64,000 nucleotides of DNA from Azolla caroliniana. Lineage: Eukaryota > Plantae > Polypodiophyta. Location: contig JBHGNT010000020.1 in NCBI GenBank assembly GCA_043228905.1, forward strand, positions 2,480,001 through 2,544,000, read 5' to 3'. Positions 44,627-55,843 of the stretch are shown here, in pieces; the stretch's first letter is position 1; every line of letters starts with the position of its first letter. The translations under genes were made by a program, and so were the position numbers. Below the pieces are notes generated by a model. It made no database searches and was not told the origin of the DNA. It was given only the letters and a program-made list of their open reading frames with translations.

Positions 44627-45030
44627 GAGTCTTTGGGTTGGTTAGAGTATTTTGCTTTGTCTCCCAACCCTTTCCCGGGTCGTCCTTCTCCGCATGTCAA
44701 GAGGACGGTCTGCTCCACACCCTCCCTTGCCGCTCTTTCACGTCGGGTTCACCAAAGATGTCACGGTAATCCGTGAGTACGTGTCGAAAGGGGCGGGACC
44801 ACGGGGTTCTCAAACGAGGAAGAGATGGATGCCACACGTACTGGAGGCTATCGAACACAAGAGATAGATAGATTATATTATCGTCTTTGGAGGTCAAATA
44901 TGACCTATGAGACCAAAAATATTACATTTCACGTGATACGTGTGAAAGTGAGTAGTGACTCTTGATGTTAAAGAACTTTACCAATGAATGTTGCAATCGA
45001 GAGTGCACATTGTGGTTGTGAGAGGAATTC

Positions 45031-45034
<4 letters not shown>

Positions 45035-45093
<59 letters not shown>

Positions 45094-45187
45094 ACGCGTG
45101 GAACACCAACTCAACACACCCCTCTTATGTACAGGAAACAAAAGGGAAGAAATGCACATGACACCAATAGAGACACGAATATGCACA

Positions 45188-45231
<44 letters not shown>
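45035..45231. repeat. (GA)n and (TA)n microsatellites in the 5' LTR of H
   Basis: Long perfect dinucleotide runs, much shorter in the sister LTR. Confidence 0.9.
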
Positions 45232-45235
<4 letters not shown>

Positions 45236-48200
45236 CAAGACCAAGATACAGCTCCGGCTTCAAGCCGGACTAAGGTAGGTTCGGTTAAAACAGTAATCTG
45301 CTGCCAAGCCGCCAATTGAGAAGCTCTCGGGCTCGTCGCGCCGAGCGTAGTCTTGCATAGGAGACAGAGTAGAAGCGAAAACCCCTTAGAACATACAAGC
45401 TCTTAACCGGACTAAACCCTAAACATACACGAAGACTCAACCCACATGATGAAGAAGAAGAAGAAGACCTCAAAGAACCCTAACAGAAACAAGAAAGTAA
45501 GAAGAAGAAAGATTATCACACCTTGGACCTAATGGTATACCCTCCTAACTCAAAATGGGAAACCCCTCTACAAGGGACCCTCCCTTACTTTTATAGCACA
45601 AGGAGGGAGGTGCGTAACAATGTGGGATAAATCCCGTATTACATGGGATTCTCTATCCCAACTTAACTTCTATTCGGCACCATAAAGGCGCCCCTATTAT
45701 TTGCATGTATACACAAGGGTGGGTGCCCACGCCGCACCCCGCCGATGTTCCCATTATTCTCGGGTTTCTCGCTAAGGCCGAGAATCTTCACGACACCGGT
45801 ACAGTTCAGGGACAAGAAACCGGACAAGATCGATGCCACAAAATGGGAGGTGATGCATATGAAGACGACGACATACATCAGATGCTTCATCGACATGAGC
45901 ATGTACAACAACTTCAATGAAGAAAGCAAGGCTCATGAACTCTGGGAGAAGGTAGGCATTATGTTCCAAAACAAGAATGCCGTTAATCGAGTCTCGGTTT
46001 TTCGGAAGCTGGTGAGACTTAGATATCAAGATGGCTCCAGTATGGCGGAGCACATGAATGCCTTCTAGGGGCTCATAAATCAAGCCACCTCGTTGGAAGT
46101 ACCTCTAGCCGATGAGGTACTTGCGTTGCTATTGCTCGGTTCCCTCCCGGATAGCTTGGAGACGCTAGTTGTCACTTTGGGCAACGTCGGGCCGGAAGGA
46201 AAGCAATTAGCCCTAGCAAGAGTGAGGTCGAGCTTGTTAGATGAAGAGGCGATTCGGAAACACAAGGAAGTCATCTCCGACTCAAAAGCCCTGATTTCCG
46301 AATCCAACACACAATGAGGGAGAAACCAGAACCACAATCCCTAGAATCGGGAAAATTCGGGGACAAGGTCGAAGTCAAGGGGGAGGCCTACTTGCTTCTA
46401 TTGTGGGAAGCCAAGGCACTTCCAGAAGAATTGTCGGCATTTCCGGAAAGAGAAAGGAACCGACAGTGCCGATTTGAAGAAGAGTTCGGACCGGAAAGGC
46501 TCAGATCGGAAGGGGACGTCGGCAATCGCGACAAGTGAAGAAGAACTGATGCTCATCACCGAGGAGAATGAGTTAAACCTCGTTGGCGACGAGACAACAT
46601 GGGTTGTCGATTCTGAAGCATCGTTCCACCTGACACCGGATCACAGATGGTTCTCATCCTACACAGTCGGAGATCAAGGTTGTGTCCAGATGGGGAATGA
46701 AGGGACCCGCCGAATCATCGGCATAGGAGATGTGTTGTTGACAACATCAATCGGATGCAAGTTGCTGCTAAAAGATGTCTGACACATTTCGGAGGTTCGA
46801 TTGAACCTAATATCAGTCGGTCGGCTAGATGATGAAGGCTACACTAGTTGCATTCGAAACGGAGTCATGAAATTCAGCAAAGGAAGCATAATCGTGGGTC
46901 GAGCCCGGAAGATCAACACGTTGTACTTGATGCACGACCGGATATGCCAAGAATAGTGAACGTAGCATATGACAATGCCGATGAGTTGTAGCACAAGAGA
47001 CTGTATCATATGAGCCAGAAGCGAATGAGAAGACTTTTGATTCCAAAGGTGAAAGACATGCATCTTGAGAAGTGCACCGATTACTTGGCCAGCAAGCAAA
47101 ACCGAACCTCCTTCCGGTCAAGACCACCGATGAGACGGAATGCATCACTGGAGCTGGTGCATACTGATGTGTGTCAAGTGGACACGAAGTCACATGCCGG
47201 ATCGCAGTACTTCGTGACATTCATAGACGACCACAGCCGAAAGTTGTGGGTCTCACCGTTGAAGACGAAGGATCATGTGTTGTTTGTCTTCAAGGAGCTC
47301 CATGCGATAGTGGAAAGGGAAACCGGCCGGAAGTGGAAGGCGGTTCGAGCGAACAACGGAGGAGAATACCGGGGGCAGTTCGAGGAGTACTTCCGGTCTA
47401 AGGGAATCGGGCTCGAATTCACCGTGCCGAAGACACCGGCATTGAATGGGTTAACCGAACATATGAACCGGACCGTGATGGAGAGAGTTCGGAGCATTCT
47501 GGCACGTCCAAAGTTACCCAAGACATTTTTGGGCTGAGGCGCTGATGACGGCGACCTATGTGATAAACAGATCACCCTCAGTCCCCTTGGACGAAGACAC
47601 ACTACAAAGAGTATGGACAGGTAAAGATGTTTCTTACCGGCATCTGAAGGTGTTCGGGTGTCTCGCATATGTGCATGTCGCAAAGGACAAGAGAGCAAAG
47701 TTGGCCCCGAAATCTCGACCATGCATATTCCTTGGATATGGCAATGATGAGTTCGGTTATCGAGTGTGGGATCTGGTCGACAAGAAGGTGTTCCGGGGTT
47801 GGGACATAGTCTTCATGAAAGACAAGACCATTGCCGACTGGGAGTCGGAGAAGAAGATGATGGACTCTAGATCAACCAACGAAAACTGGTTTGAGGACAC
47901 AAGGACTTACTCGGTTGAAAGTTAGTCGGTAACCGGATGACACTCGATGAACTGACGAGATTCGGACAAGAAACCGAACCGACCGAAGACGAAGAAGGAG
48001 AGGAAGAAGAAGACACCAGAACCGGACAAGATCCTGAATCGGATGAGGATGAGGAATAGACGGATGAACCGGTTGCCGAAGACCAAGGTCAGAGATTTCC
48101 ATATGCAAAACATGTGTTGCTGACCGACGAGGGGGAGCCGGAAAGCTTCAAGGAAGCAAAGAAAGACACCCACAACCGCAAATGGTTAAGTGCCATGCAG

Positions 48201-49977
48201 GACAATATGGATTCCCTGCATGAGAACCACACATATGAACTGACGGAGTTGCCGAAAGGAAAGAGGGCACTCCGGAACAAGTGGGTGTACAAGCTGAAAC
48301 CGGGAGACATCGGAAATCCACCAAGGTACAAAGCCCGGATCGTGGTGGAGTGGTTCCTATAGAAGAAAGGAGTAGATTTCGACGAGAACTTTGCCCCAGT
48401 AGTCAAGATGACCTCCATCCGGACAGTGCTGAGCATAGCGGCAAGCATGGACCTCAAGGTCGAGCAACTGGACGTCAAAACGACGTTCCTTCATGGGGAC
48501 CTCAAGGAGGAGATCTACATGCAGCAACCGGAGGGATTTGTGAAGAAAGAGAAGGAGCACTTGGTATGCCGGCTGAAGAAGGCTTTTACGGACTGAAGCA
48601 AGGCCCCCGTCAATGGTACCGGAAGTTTGACTCCTTCAAGACCGGCCAAGAGTACCACAAGACGCAAGCTGACCATTGCGTGTTGTGGAGATCGAGGGAC
48701 AATTTGATGGAAGGTACATTACGAAGTTCCTTGATGCATACAAAAGGGAGATGAATAAGAGAGACGTGTTTGAAGCACGTCAAATCTCGAGTTTCAAGCG
48801 AGTTGTCGCCAACAACGTCCAAAGGTGGTTCATCGAGCTTCAAGAAGGGAAGACAACATGGTCCGAGTTTGAGAAAACAATACTAGCAAAATTTGCGAAC
48901 GAGGATGACTCGACATGTCTTGATGAAGTGGATAAAGAAGAAGAATAAGAAGATAAGCACCTCGAGGGTGTACGACGAGTTCAACTAGATGTTTAGTCAT
49001 CTCCCTGCCATGGACCAAGTGTTTCTTGAGGAGGACAAGACTTTTTACTTCCTGAAAGTTGTGAATATGAAGGATAGACGAGAATTGGGGACTCTCCTCG
49101 AAGATGATACCCAAGCGAACAGGCTTGTGACAAATTGGACTATGATGAAGCAAGCATGCAACAAGCTGGACAAGCGTCTTCAATGACTTGATGACATTGA
49201 CTTGGTAAGGCCAAGCGTAGAAAAAACAAGACCATCTAAAGAAGTTGAGCCGTCTAAACAAAGCAACTTGGATGAAAAGAAGATTGATGATGACTCGAGG
49301 ACGGTCACAGCCACTTCGAGAGAGGACGAATGTTTCGGAATACGTGTCATGTTCGAAACATCGGATGATGAAGGAGCAAGCCAAATCAAAGCTTCCGTCA
49401 AGGGAGTTAAAGAGTGTGAGGCCGATGTGATTGAGGATGTAGCCACGAGAAATGAAATCGAGTCGGAGATGGCTTTGGACAAGTCAATGGCGGATGGCTG
49501 TTGAGCGGCAAGCTCAACCGGAGCCGGATCGGCTGAATAAGCTGGAGCCGGTAAGCGAGACGGATCGGGCGAAACGGATCGGTATGACGGTGAGCAACGG
49601 CAAGTAGTGGAGGCCGGGTGCAATCCGTAACCGGAAGTCCAATCGGAAGCCTAGTATAGGATAGACTACTAGGTAGCTATAGTCTCGTACTAAGAGTCAG
49701 ATGCTCGTGTGAGCATTGAAGTACATGGTACTTCTGTCAGTCCCAAGAGGACTTGTATAAATAGTGCTACTTAGCACAGTGTGTGTACAGAGTCTTGATA
49801 TAATTTTGAAATTGTGTTCTACTCTCTCTCTCTCTCTCTCTGTTGTTCTCTGTTTTACGCTTCCGCAAACACTTACGTTTACATGGTATCAGAGCGCGAG
49901 GGTTGAGAACCTCTGCTGCAGACATTTACTCTTGAGAAGAAAACCCTAACAGGTCGAAAACAGACACAGTAGAAGAC

Positions 49978-50997
49978 ATGGATAGAGGCATGGCTACATC
50001 GCTCCCGGTGGAGAAGCTCGACAGGAGCAACTACGCATCCTGGTCTTACAAGATGCACCAGTACCTGCTTGGACACGGGTACTGGAGTTATGTCGAAGGA
50101 GCGAATGATGCGGCGCCCGACTCGGCACACAAGGACTTCCCGGTATGGGAACAGGCGGCAAGCAGGGTGATGTACTGCTTCGCGTCCAGTGTCGGCGATC
50201 AGCTGCTCAGCCACATCCGTGACGCCAAGACACCGAAGGATGCGTGGGGGAACCTGAAAAAGGTTTTCGCCACAAGCACCACTGCCCGGAAGTTGCAACT
50301 CAGACAGGAGTTGAGCAATGTTCGACAGAAGAACATGTCCGTGGCAGACTACATGGACCGGATAAAGGAGATCTGCGACTCGCTCGCCTCTATCAATGTT
50401 ACCGTAGAGGAAGACGAGATGGTGCAGGTATGTCTCGGAGGCCTGGCGTCCAAGTTCGGAGCGTTCCGGACTGCGGTGTGTACAAGGGAGAATACCCCCT
50501 CATTCTTCGACTTACAGTCGATGCAGCTTACGGAACCAAAGTGGTACCGGCCAGTGTACTATGCCAGCCGGAAGCTATCCCAAGCAGAACAGAACTACTC
50601 TATTACGGAATGGGAAGCTCTAGGAATGATCTACAGTGTGACAAAGTTGCGGCACTATTTATTGGGAAGGAAGTTTTCCTTCCATGTAGATCATTCAGCA
50701 CTCCTTTACCTGGTGTCCAAGGCGTCACTCACCGGCAAATTGGCCCAGTGGACCTTACTATTACAGGAGTTTGAGTTTGAAATATTCCACCGACCCGGTA
50801 TCCAGCATGCCGTAGCGGATTACTTAAGCCGATTGGAGTCCGGAGAGACGGGTGATGGAGTACCGGATGAGTTTCCGGATGCGGAGCTGTTTCGAGTCAC
50901 TACGAAGACGGCAGCAGATGAGACAGTGGCCCAGGAAGACAAGTGGCTCACAAATATGCACCAGTTTCTGAGCATAGGACTGCCTCCGGAAGGCTGA
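49978..50997 (+). CDS. Chimeric ORF: Copia Gag fused in frame to Gypsy RNaseH
   Basis: KLDRSNYASW..ARKLQLRQEL..FFDLQSM then QLTEPKWYRPVYYASRKL..DHSAL..HAVADYLSR; junction at ~50521-50524. Confidence 0.8.
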   Translation: MDRGMATSLPVEKLDRSNYASWSYKMHQYLLGHGYWSYVEGANDAAPDSAHKDFPVWEQAASRVMYCFASSVGDQLLSHIRDAKTPKDAWGNLKKVFATSTTARKLQLRQELSNVRQKNMSVADYMDRIKEICDSLASINVTVEEDEMVQVCLGGLASKFGAFRTAVCTRENTPSFFDLQSMQLTEPKWYRPVYYASRKLSQAEQNYSITEWEALGMIYSVTKLRHYLLGRKFSFHVDHSALLYLVSKASLTGKLAQWTLLLQEFEFEIFHRPGIQHAVADYLSRLESGETGDGVPDEFPDAELFRVTTKTAADETVAQEDKWLTNMHQFLSIGLPPEG

Positions 50998-52315
50998 ACC
51001 GGGACGAACGGAAACGCCTGGCGGTACAAAGCCGACATTTCTGCTTACTGCAAGACACACTGTACCACAAGGGAGCTGACGGCATATGGAGACGGGCGGT
51101 GCGCAGCGATGAAAAGGAACTAATACTGAGGGAAGCCCACTGCGGAGTTGCCGGAGGTCACTATGCCGGAGATGCGACAGCCAGAAAAATATGGCAAAGT
51201 GGCCTATGGTGGCCAACGACATTAAGAGATGCGGTACGGTACGCAAAAGAATGTGACCTATGCCAGAGAATGGGCCAACCAACGGAGCAGGCTCGTATGC
51301 CACACCAGCCGGTACTACCACTCGAGCCATTCCAAAAGTGGGGCTGGACTTTGTAGGACGGTTCAAGCCACCGGCAATGAGAACGGGTAATCGGTACGTT
51401 ATCGTTGCTACGGATTACTGCACAAAATGGGTGGAGGCCAAAGCTTTACGGGATAACACCGCTGCGTCAACGGCAAAGTTTCTATATGAGTACATCTAGT
51501 GCCGTTACGGATGCCCCATTGAATTGATAAGTGACCAAGGGGGGCACTTTCTCGGACAAGTAGTGGAAAGCCTAACGACCTTCTATGCCGTGGTCCACAA
51601 ACGAAGCACACCTTACTATCCACAGGCGAACGGATTAGCGGAATCAAAAAACAAGACGCTCCAGAACATCCTTCGGAAGATCGTCAACGAGAACCGGACG
51701 GATTGGGACACAAAGCTACATAGCGCGCTTTGGGCATACCCGACGGCATACAAAACGAGCATCCGAACAACACCGTTCCGGTTGGCGTTCGGACTCGAGG
51801 CGGTCATGCCGGTAGAATTTCAAGTACCTAGCTTATGGATTCAGCTACAAGAACGGCTGAACGAGAAGGAGTAGGAGATAATAAGGTTGACAGCGTTGTG
51901 TGAGTTGGAGGAATAATGGTTGGCCAGCATCCTACATTTAGAATTGGAGCAACGGCGACGGAAAGCATTCGTCGACCGGCACAGGAAAGGTAACGAAAAA
52001 ATGTTCGCAATCGGCAAACTAGTGTTAGTATTCCAAACCCGGATGGGCAAGATGCCGGGTAAACTAAGGTTTAGATGAACCGGACCATATTGGCTAACAC
52101 GGGAGTATAATGGGTCCTACCAGTTGGGGACACTTGCCGGCGAAGTGCTGGGCAAATGGGTCAACGAATTCCGGTTAAAGGCATATAGAGGACCAATGCC
52201 TAAGAACCCGTTTGAGCAAAGGACCGACGGCAACCACCAAGACGGGAGAGACGGCAAGCCGGGAACCGGAGAGAATGAGGCCGGTAAGGGTCCGGGAGAA
52301 CCAACGGACATGTGA
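50943..52315 (+). pseudogene. Gypsy (Athila/Tat-like, non-chromovirus) integrase, decayed
   Basis: EAHCGVAGGH..CDLCQR, WGLDF, ISDQGGHF, YPQANGLAE, and a GPY motif; stops and frameshifts. Confidence 0.88.
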
Positions 52316-52480
52316 CGTCACAGTAATAATAATAATAATAGCACAGAAGCACCGAAACACTGCAAGATCATCAGACGAGAACCTGCGCACAGAGAACTCC
52401 TGCCTTCTGAACTCTCTCTTTCTCAACCCCGCTCTCATCACCATCCATCCTCGTCACCGCAGTCCGAACCCGACACAGAA

Positions 52481-55256
52481 ATGGACCCGCAAACGTTGTC
52501 GGAAGCCGCCAAGACATGGCTGAAGCAACACGGGCTCGAGGGCTTCTTGATGATGATGGGAGTACCGCCACACAAAGAAGCCGACAAAGTGATCAAGGAA
52601 ATCGATACAGAGGTCATAACGGCAGAGGCGATTCGAGCGTTAACTGGCCTTCCGGAGGGAGGCATACTCACGATCGACAATCCAACCCCGGAGCAACTCA
52701 TCAGGTATTTTGGTGAGTACTCTCTAGCCAGCAAGGGCTACCGGACACAGGGCGGCGGAGATATGTTGTTCCACAAAATTGCTCGTCTGCTCCATGAATA
52801 CGGCCACGTATACCCTAGACCCCCTGTCATGCCGCAGAACCGGGCAGGGATGATCATCGCCACCTATGAAGGGATCAAGATGGATTGGCCGGTATTGATT
52901 GCAGACGGGTTGTGTGCGGCAATCGAGATCGTCAGAGGCAAAGACGGCAAAGAAGGCCGAGACGGACGAAGGATATGGCACGCCGTAACGCAGTGGCTCA
53001 CCTTGCTGGTGCCACCCGTTCAGACCGTCCAACCCAAGAAGCGAGGAAGAGTGCCGGACGGCACACCAAGGACAGCTTCCAAACGGCAACAGTTGTTGGC
53101 CTCGAAGGCCAGTAAGGGAAAGGCGGTGGATGCAGAACAGGCGGCAACAAGAAGCAGAAGCCGGAAGCGCCCAACGGAGGCGCAGGAGGAACCACCGGCA
53201 CGGCCCGTAAAGGTCACACTCCGGCGACCGGTGAATCGAGAAGTGGACCCCTTGGCGGCAAAACTCAATGCCGGAGCTCAGGAGGAGGAAATAGAGGAGG
53301 AGCCTACGGAGCACCTCCAGCGACGGTCGTCGGCAAGGACCGTTGAGACAGCCGGGAAACGTTCGGACCCTCAGACGGAGGGAACATCGACTCCCCATAC
53401 TGAGTGAGACTCCTACGCCAAGGAAGGAACCGGAACCGGTGCAGATGGCACCGGAAACAGAAACCCCGGCACCACCGGCAACACCGGCAAGTCCCATCCC
53501 GCTAGAGCTGGAAAGGTCACTGCAGCCTCCCTCGGTCAGCCAAGAAGAAGTGCAAGGGGAACCAGGACAGCAGGATGGTCCACGGGCAGAAACGGAACTG
53601 CAACTCGGCGCAACCAGGCGGGACCACCCCTCTACAAGTGAGCCCATCTATCAAACCTCCGTGCAAGCATAACAAGGCACCGGTAGCCTGTGGCTCCGGT
53701 GGATAGGCGAACAGATAGCCGGAGCAGTGGGGTATATAGAGGCGGAAGAAAGAGCGCAAAGCGAACGGTTGCTCGTCACAACCGAACAACTAGAGACGGC
53801 CCGGTCCAGAATCCGGTGCCTTGAAAAAGACTTGGATCAGGTCACGACAGAGATGGCTAAAATACGGATCCAATCACCGGTGACTCCGGTAAGTGTACAG
53901 AATAATGAAACGGAACGACCTGTACATAGGAATAAGACCCCGGCAACGGAAACCGTTCCGGCGAGAGATGTGGCGCAAGCTCGGGAGCTTGCGGAATTGA
54001 GAGAGGAACTTGCCGCACAAGAAGCGCTAAGGAGCCGTGAACGAGAATTGAAGACGGCGGTCGAAGCCGAATTAAAGAAGACTGCTGAGAACCTCCGCCG
54101 GGCAGAGGAGAGCCTCCGGAAAGGCCATGAAGCGTACGACCGGCTAAAGGAGGAGAAAGACAAAGTGCTGCAGGAAAAGGACAAGCTGCGGAAAACGGCG
54201 GAAACAGAGATAGAACGGCTAAAGGAAGAGCTCCGCCAGCAGAAGGACCGCGAGGACCGGGCCCGTCGTCAGATCAACGCACGGCTCAAGCAAAAGACGG
54301 ATGATTTTGAGCACCTGCACCGGGACTACAAACGGCTGGAAATAGAGCATAAAGAACGGATGGCCGAGCTCCAGTAGGCAGTTGATCGGGCCGCAACGGC
54401 GATCGCCGACGAACGGGCGGAAAATACAAGACGCTTGGAAGAGGCGGAGAAGGTCTAGATGGAGCTCCAGAAGCAGCAGCGGGAAGACAAAGAGAGAGCG
54501 TCAACAGTATTGCAGAAATTACAAAGTACATATCAAAGGCAATTGACGCATTACAAGGCGCAGGCGGAGGACAACGTAAAAATCATCAAACAACTGAAGG
54601 AGGAACGGCAAGCGGCGGAAACCAAATCGCAATTGGGAACGAGCCGGATTCAGTCCATCCTTCGGGCATGGCTGAATCAGACAAAGCACTTGATTGATGA
54701 AAGCTCCGTAAAATGGTGGACAAAGTGGGCACAAAACACGGCGGAACTCCAGTTGCTACGGGCGGATGTGGCAAACCGGCGGAAGGAAGGAGATGACTGT
54801 TATACGCTGACTTCCGAGGACTTCACCGCCATACGGGACAAGCTGGCCGACGACTTCCAAGTCCTGGCAGATGAACAGCTAGCGCAGGTCAGGCAGCTCT
54901 TAGCTCAGCTGGACGATGATAGGCTGGACGCTCAAATCCAGTTTGAAAGCTACGAGCGGTCCCGGGTACGGGAAGAAAAAGCACGGGAAGCGACAACGGT
55001 TAACCTTAGTGATGAGGAACCATCGCCGGCTGAGGGCCAGCCGGGAACTAGTCAACCGGAGACCACCACGACGCAGGGAGCAACGACGGAGACGCCGGGG
55101 TCAGAGCCACAAACGGAGGAGCAGCCGCAGCAACCACCAACAGACCCGCCGCAGCAGACAACAACAGAGCAGCAACAACAACAACAACAACCACTTCCAG
55201 ATGAACCATTGGAGCCTCTCGAACAGAGCATTCTGGACATTTTGGACGAAGAATAG
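52481..55256 (+). pseudogene. Extra ORF 3' of Gypsy pol (~920 aa reconstructed): globular N-domain, Pro-rich linker, long coiled coil, Q/P/T-rich tail
   Basis: 52481-53407 overlaps 53343-55256, which is one frame broken only by a few TAA/TAG stops. ITAEAIRALTGLPEGG and MDWPVLIADGL resemble plant retrotransposon accessory ORFs. Confidence 0.7.
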
Positions 55257-55843
55257 CAAGGGTCGGTTGTGGATTCGACGTACAAGGTACTGTCCCACGG
55301 GCGTGCCATGTGTTACCGGCCGGCAAAGGAGTCCAGAGTGGGAAACGGAGAGCTAATTAAGTAGTAGGAATGTGGTTGTAATTAAGCTATGAGTGTGGAC
55401 GGACGGACCGGAATCGGTATGCCGTTCCGGATCCGGACCGATCTCGAACAGGTGCGGATGGCACCGTTTTGTAATACAGACCGGAAACCTATTTAAAGGC
55501 CCGGATACAATGTAATAGTTAGCGGTTAATTAATGAAAGCTTAAGCATTGTTATATCTCTGTGTTAATTGCCGTTCTGTCTTAATTGTCATATCTTACGC
55601 GTGTTATGAAGACGATCCTAATAAGTAACTTAACTAAGTCGGATTAAGCATTGAAGTCTAATCCGGTTGTCGTAACACCCTTTGGTGAAGTGTCTCCCGT
55701 AGACACCCTGTGTTAGGCGTTTGTCCGGCCCGAAGAGTTAACAATCCGGATCCGGCAAGACCGGTAAGGATGGCCGGCAAAACTCGCACTACGCAAATGG
55801 ATCAGGAGGATTCGGAACCGGAAAGGCCGGTAAGGGGCCAGCC

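Larger units (their letters stand above)
24812..45795 (-). mobile_element. Gypsy H: non-autonomous (LARD-like) element of the tRNA-Trp group
   Basis: Diverged LTRs 24812-26092 and 44759-45795. TSD CCAG/CCGG. PBS at 44738-44754, PPT at 26093-26102. The internal region has no RT or integrase and consists of repeated modules. Confidence 0.85.
24733..48684 (+). mobile_element. Copia F: old Tork-like host element (own sequence 24733-24811 and 45796-~48684), truncated in RT
   Basis: Gag KLTGSNYPVWKSKMRDMLVVKDLWLP|VQFRDKKPDK rejoins across the H insertion. Decayed protease, integrase and RT fragments are colinear with Copia C. Confidence 0.88.

Noticed and set aside
44866-45035. ~170-bp segment present only in the 5' LTR of H
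   Set aside because: I could not identify terminal repeats, a TSD or homology, so there is too little evidence to call it an element.
52481-55256. env gene or host myosin/SMC-like gene
   Set aside because: No signal peptide or transmembrane segment, no introns or motor/ATPase motifs; its position directly after integrase fits a retroelement accessory ORF.
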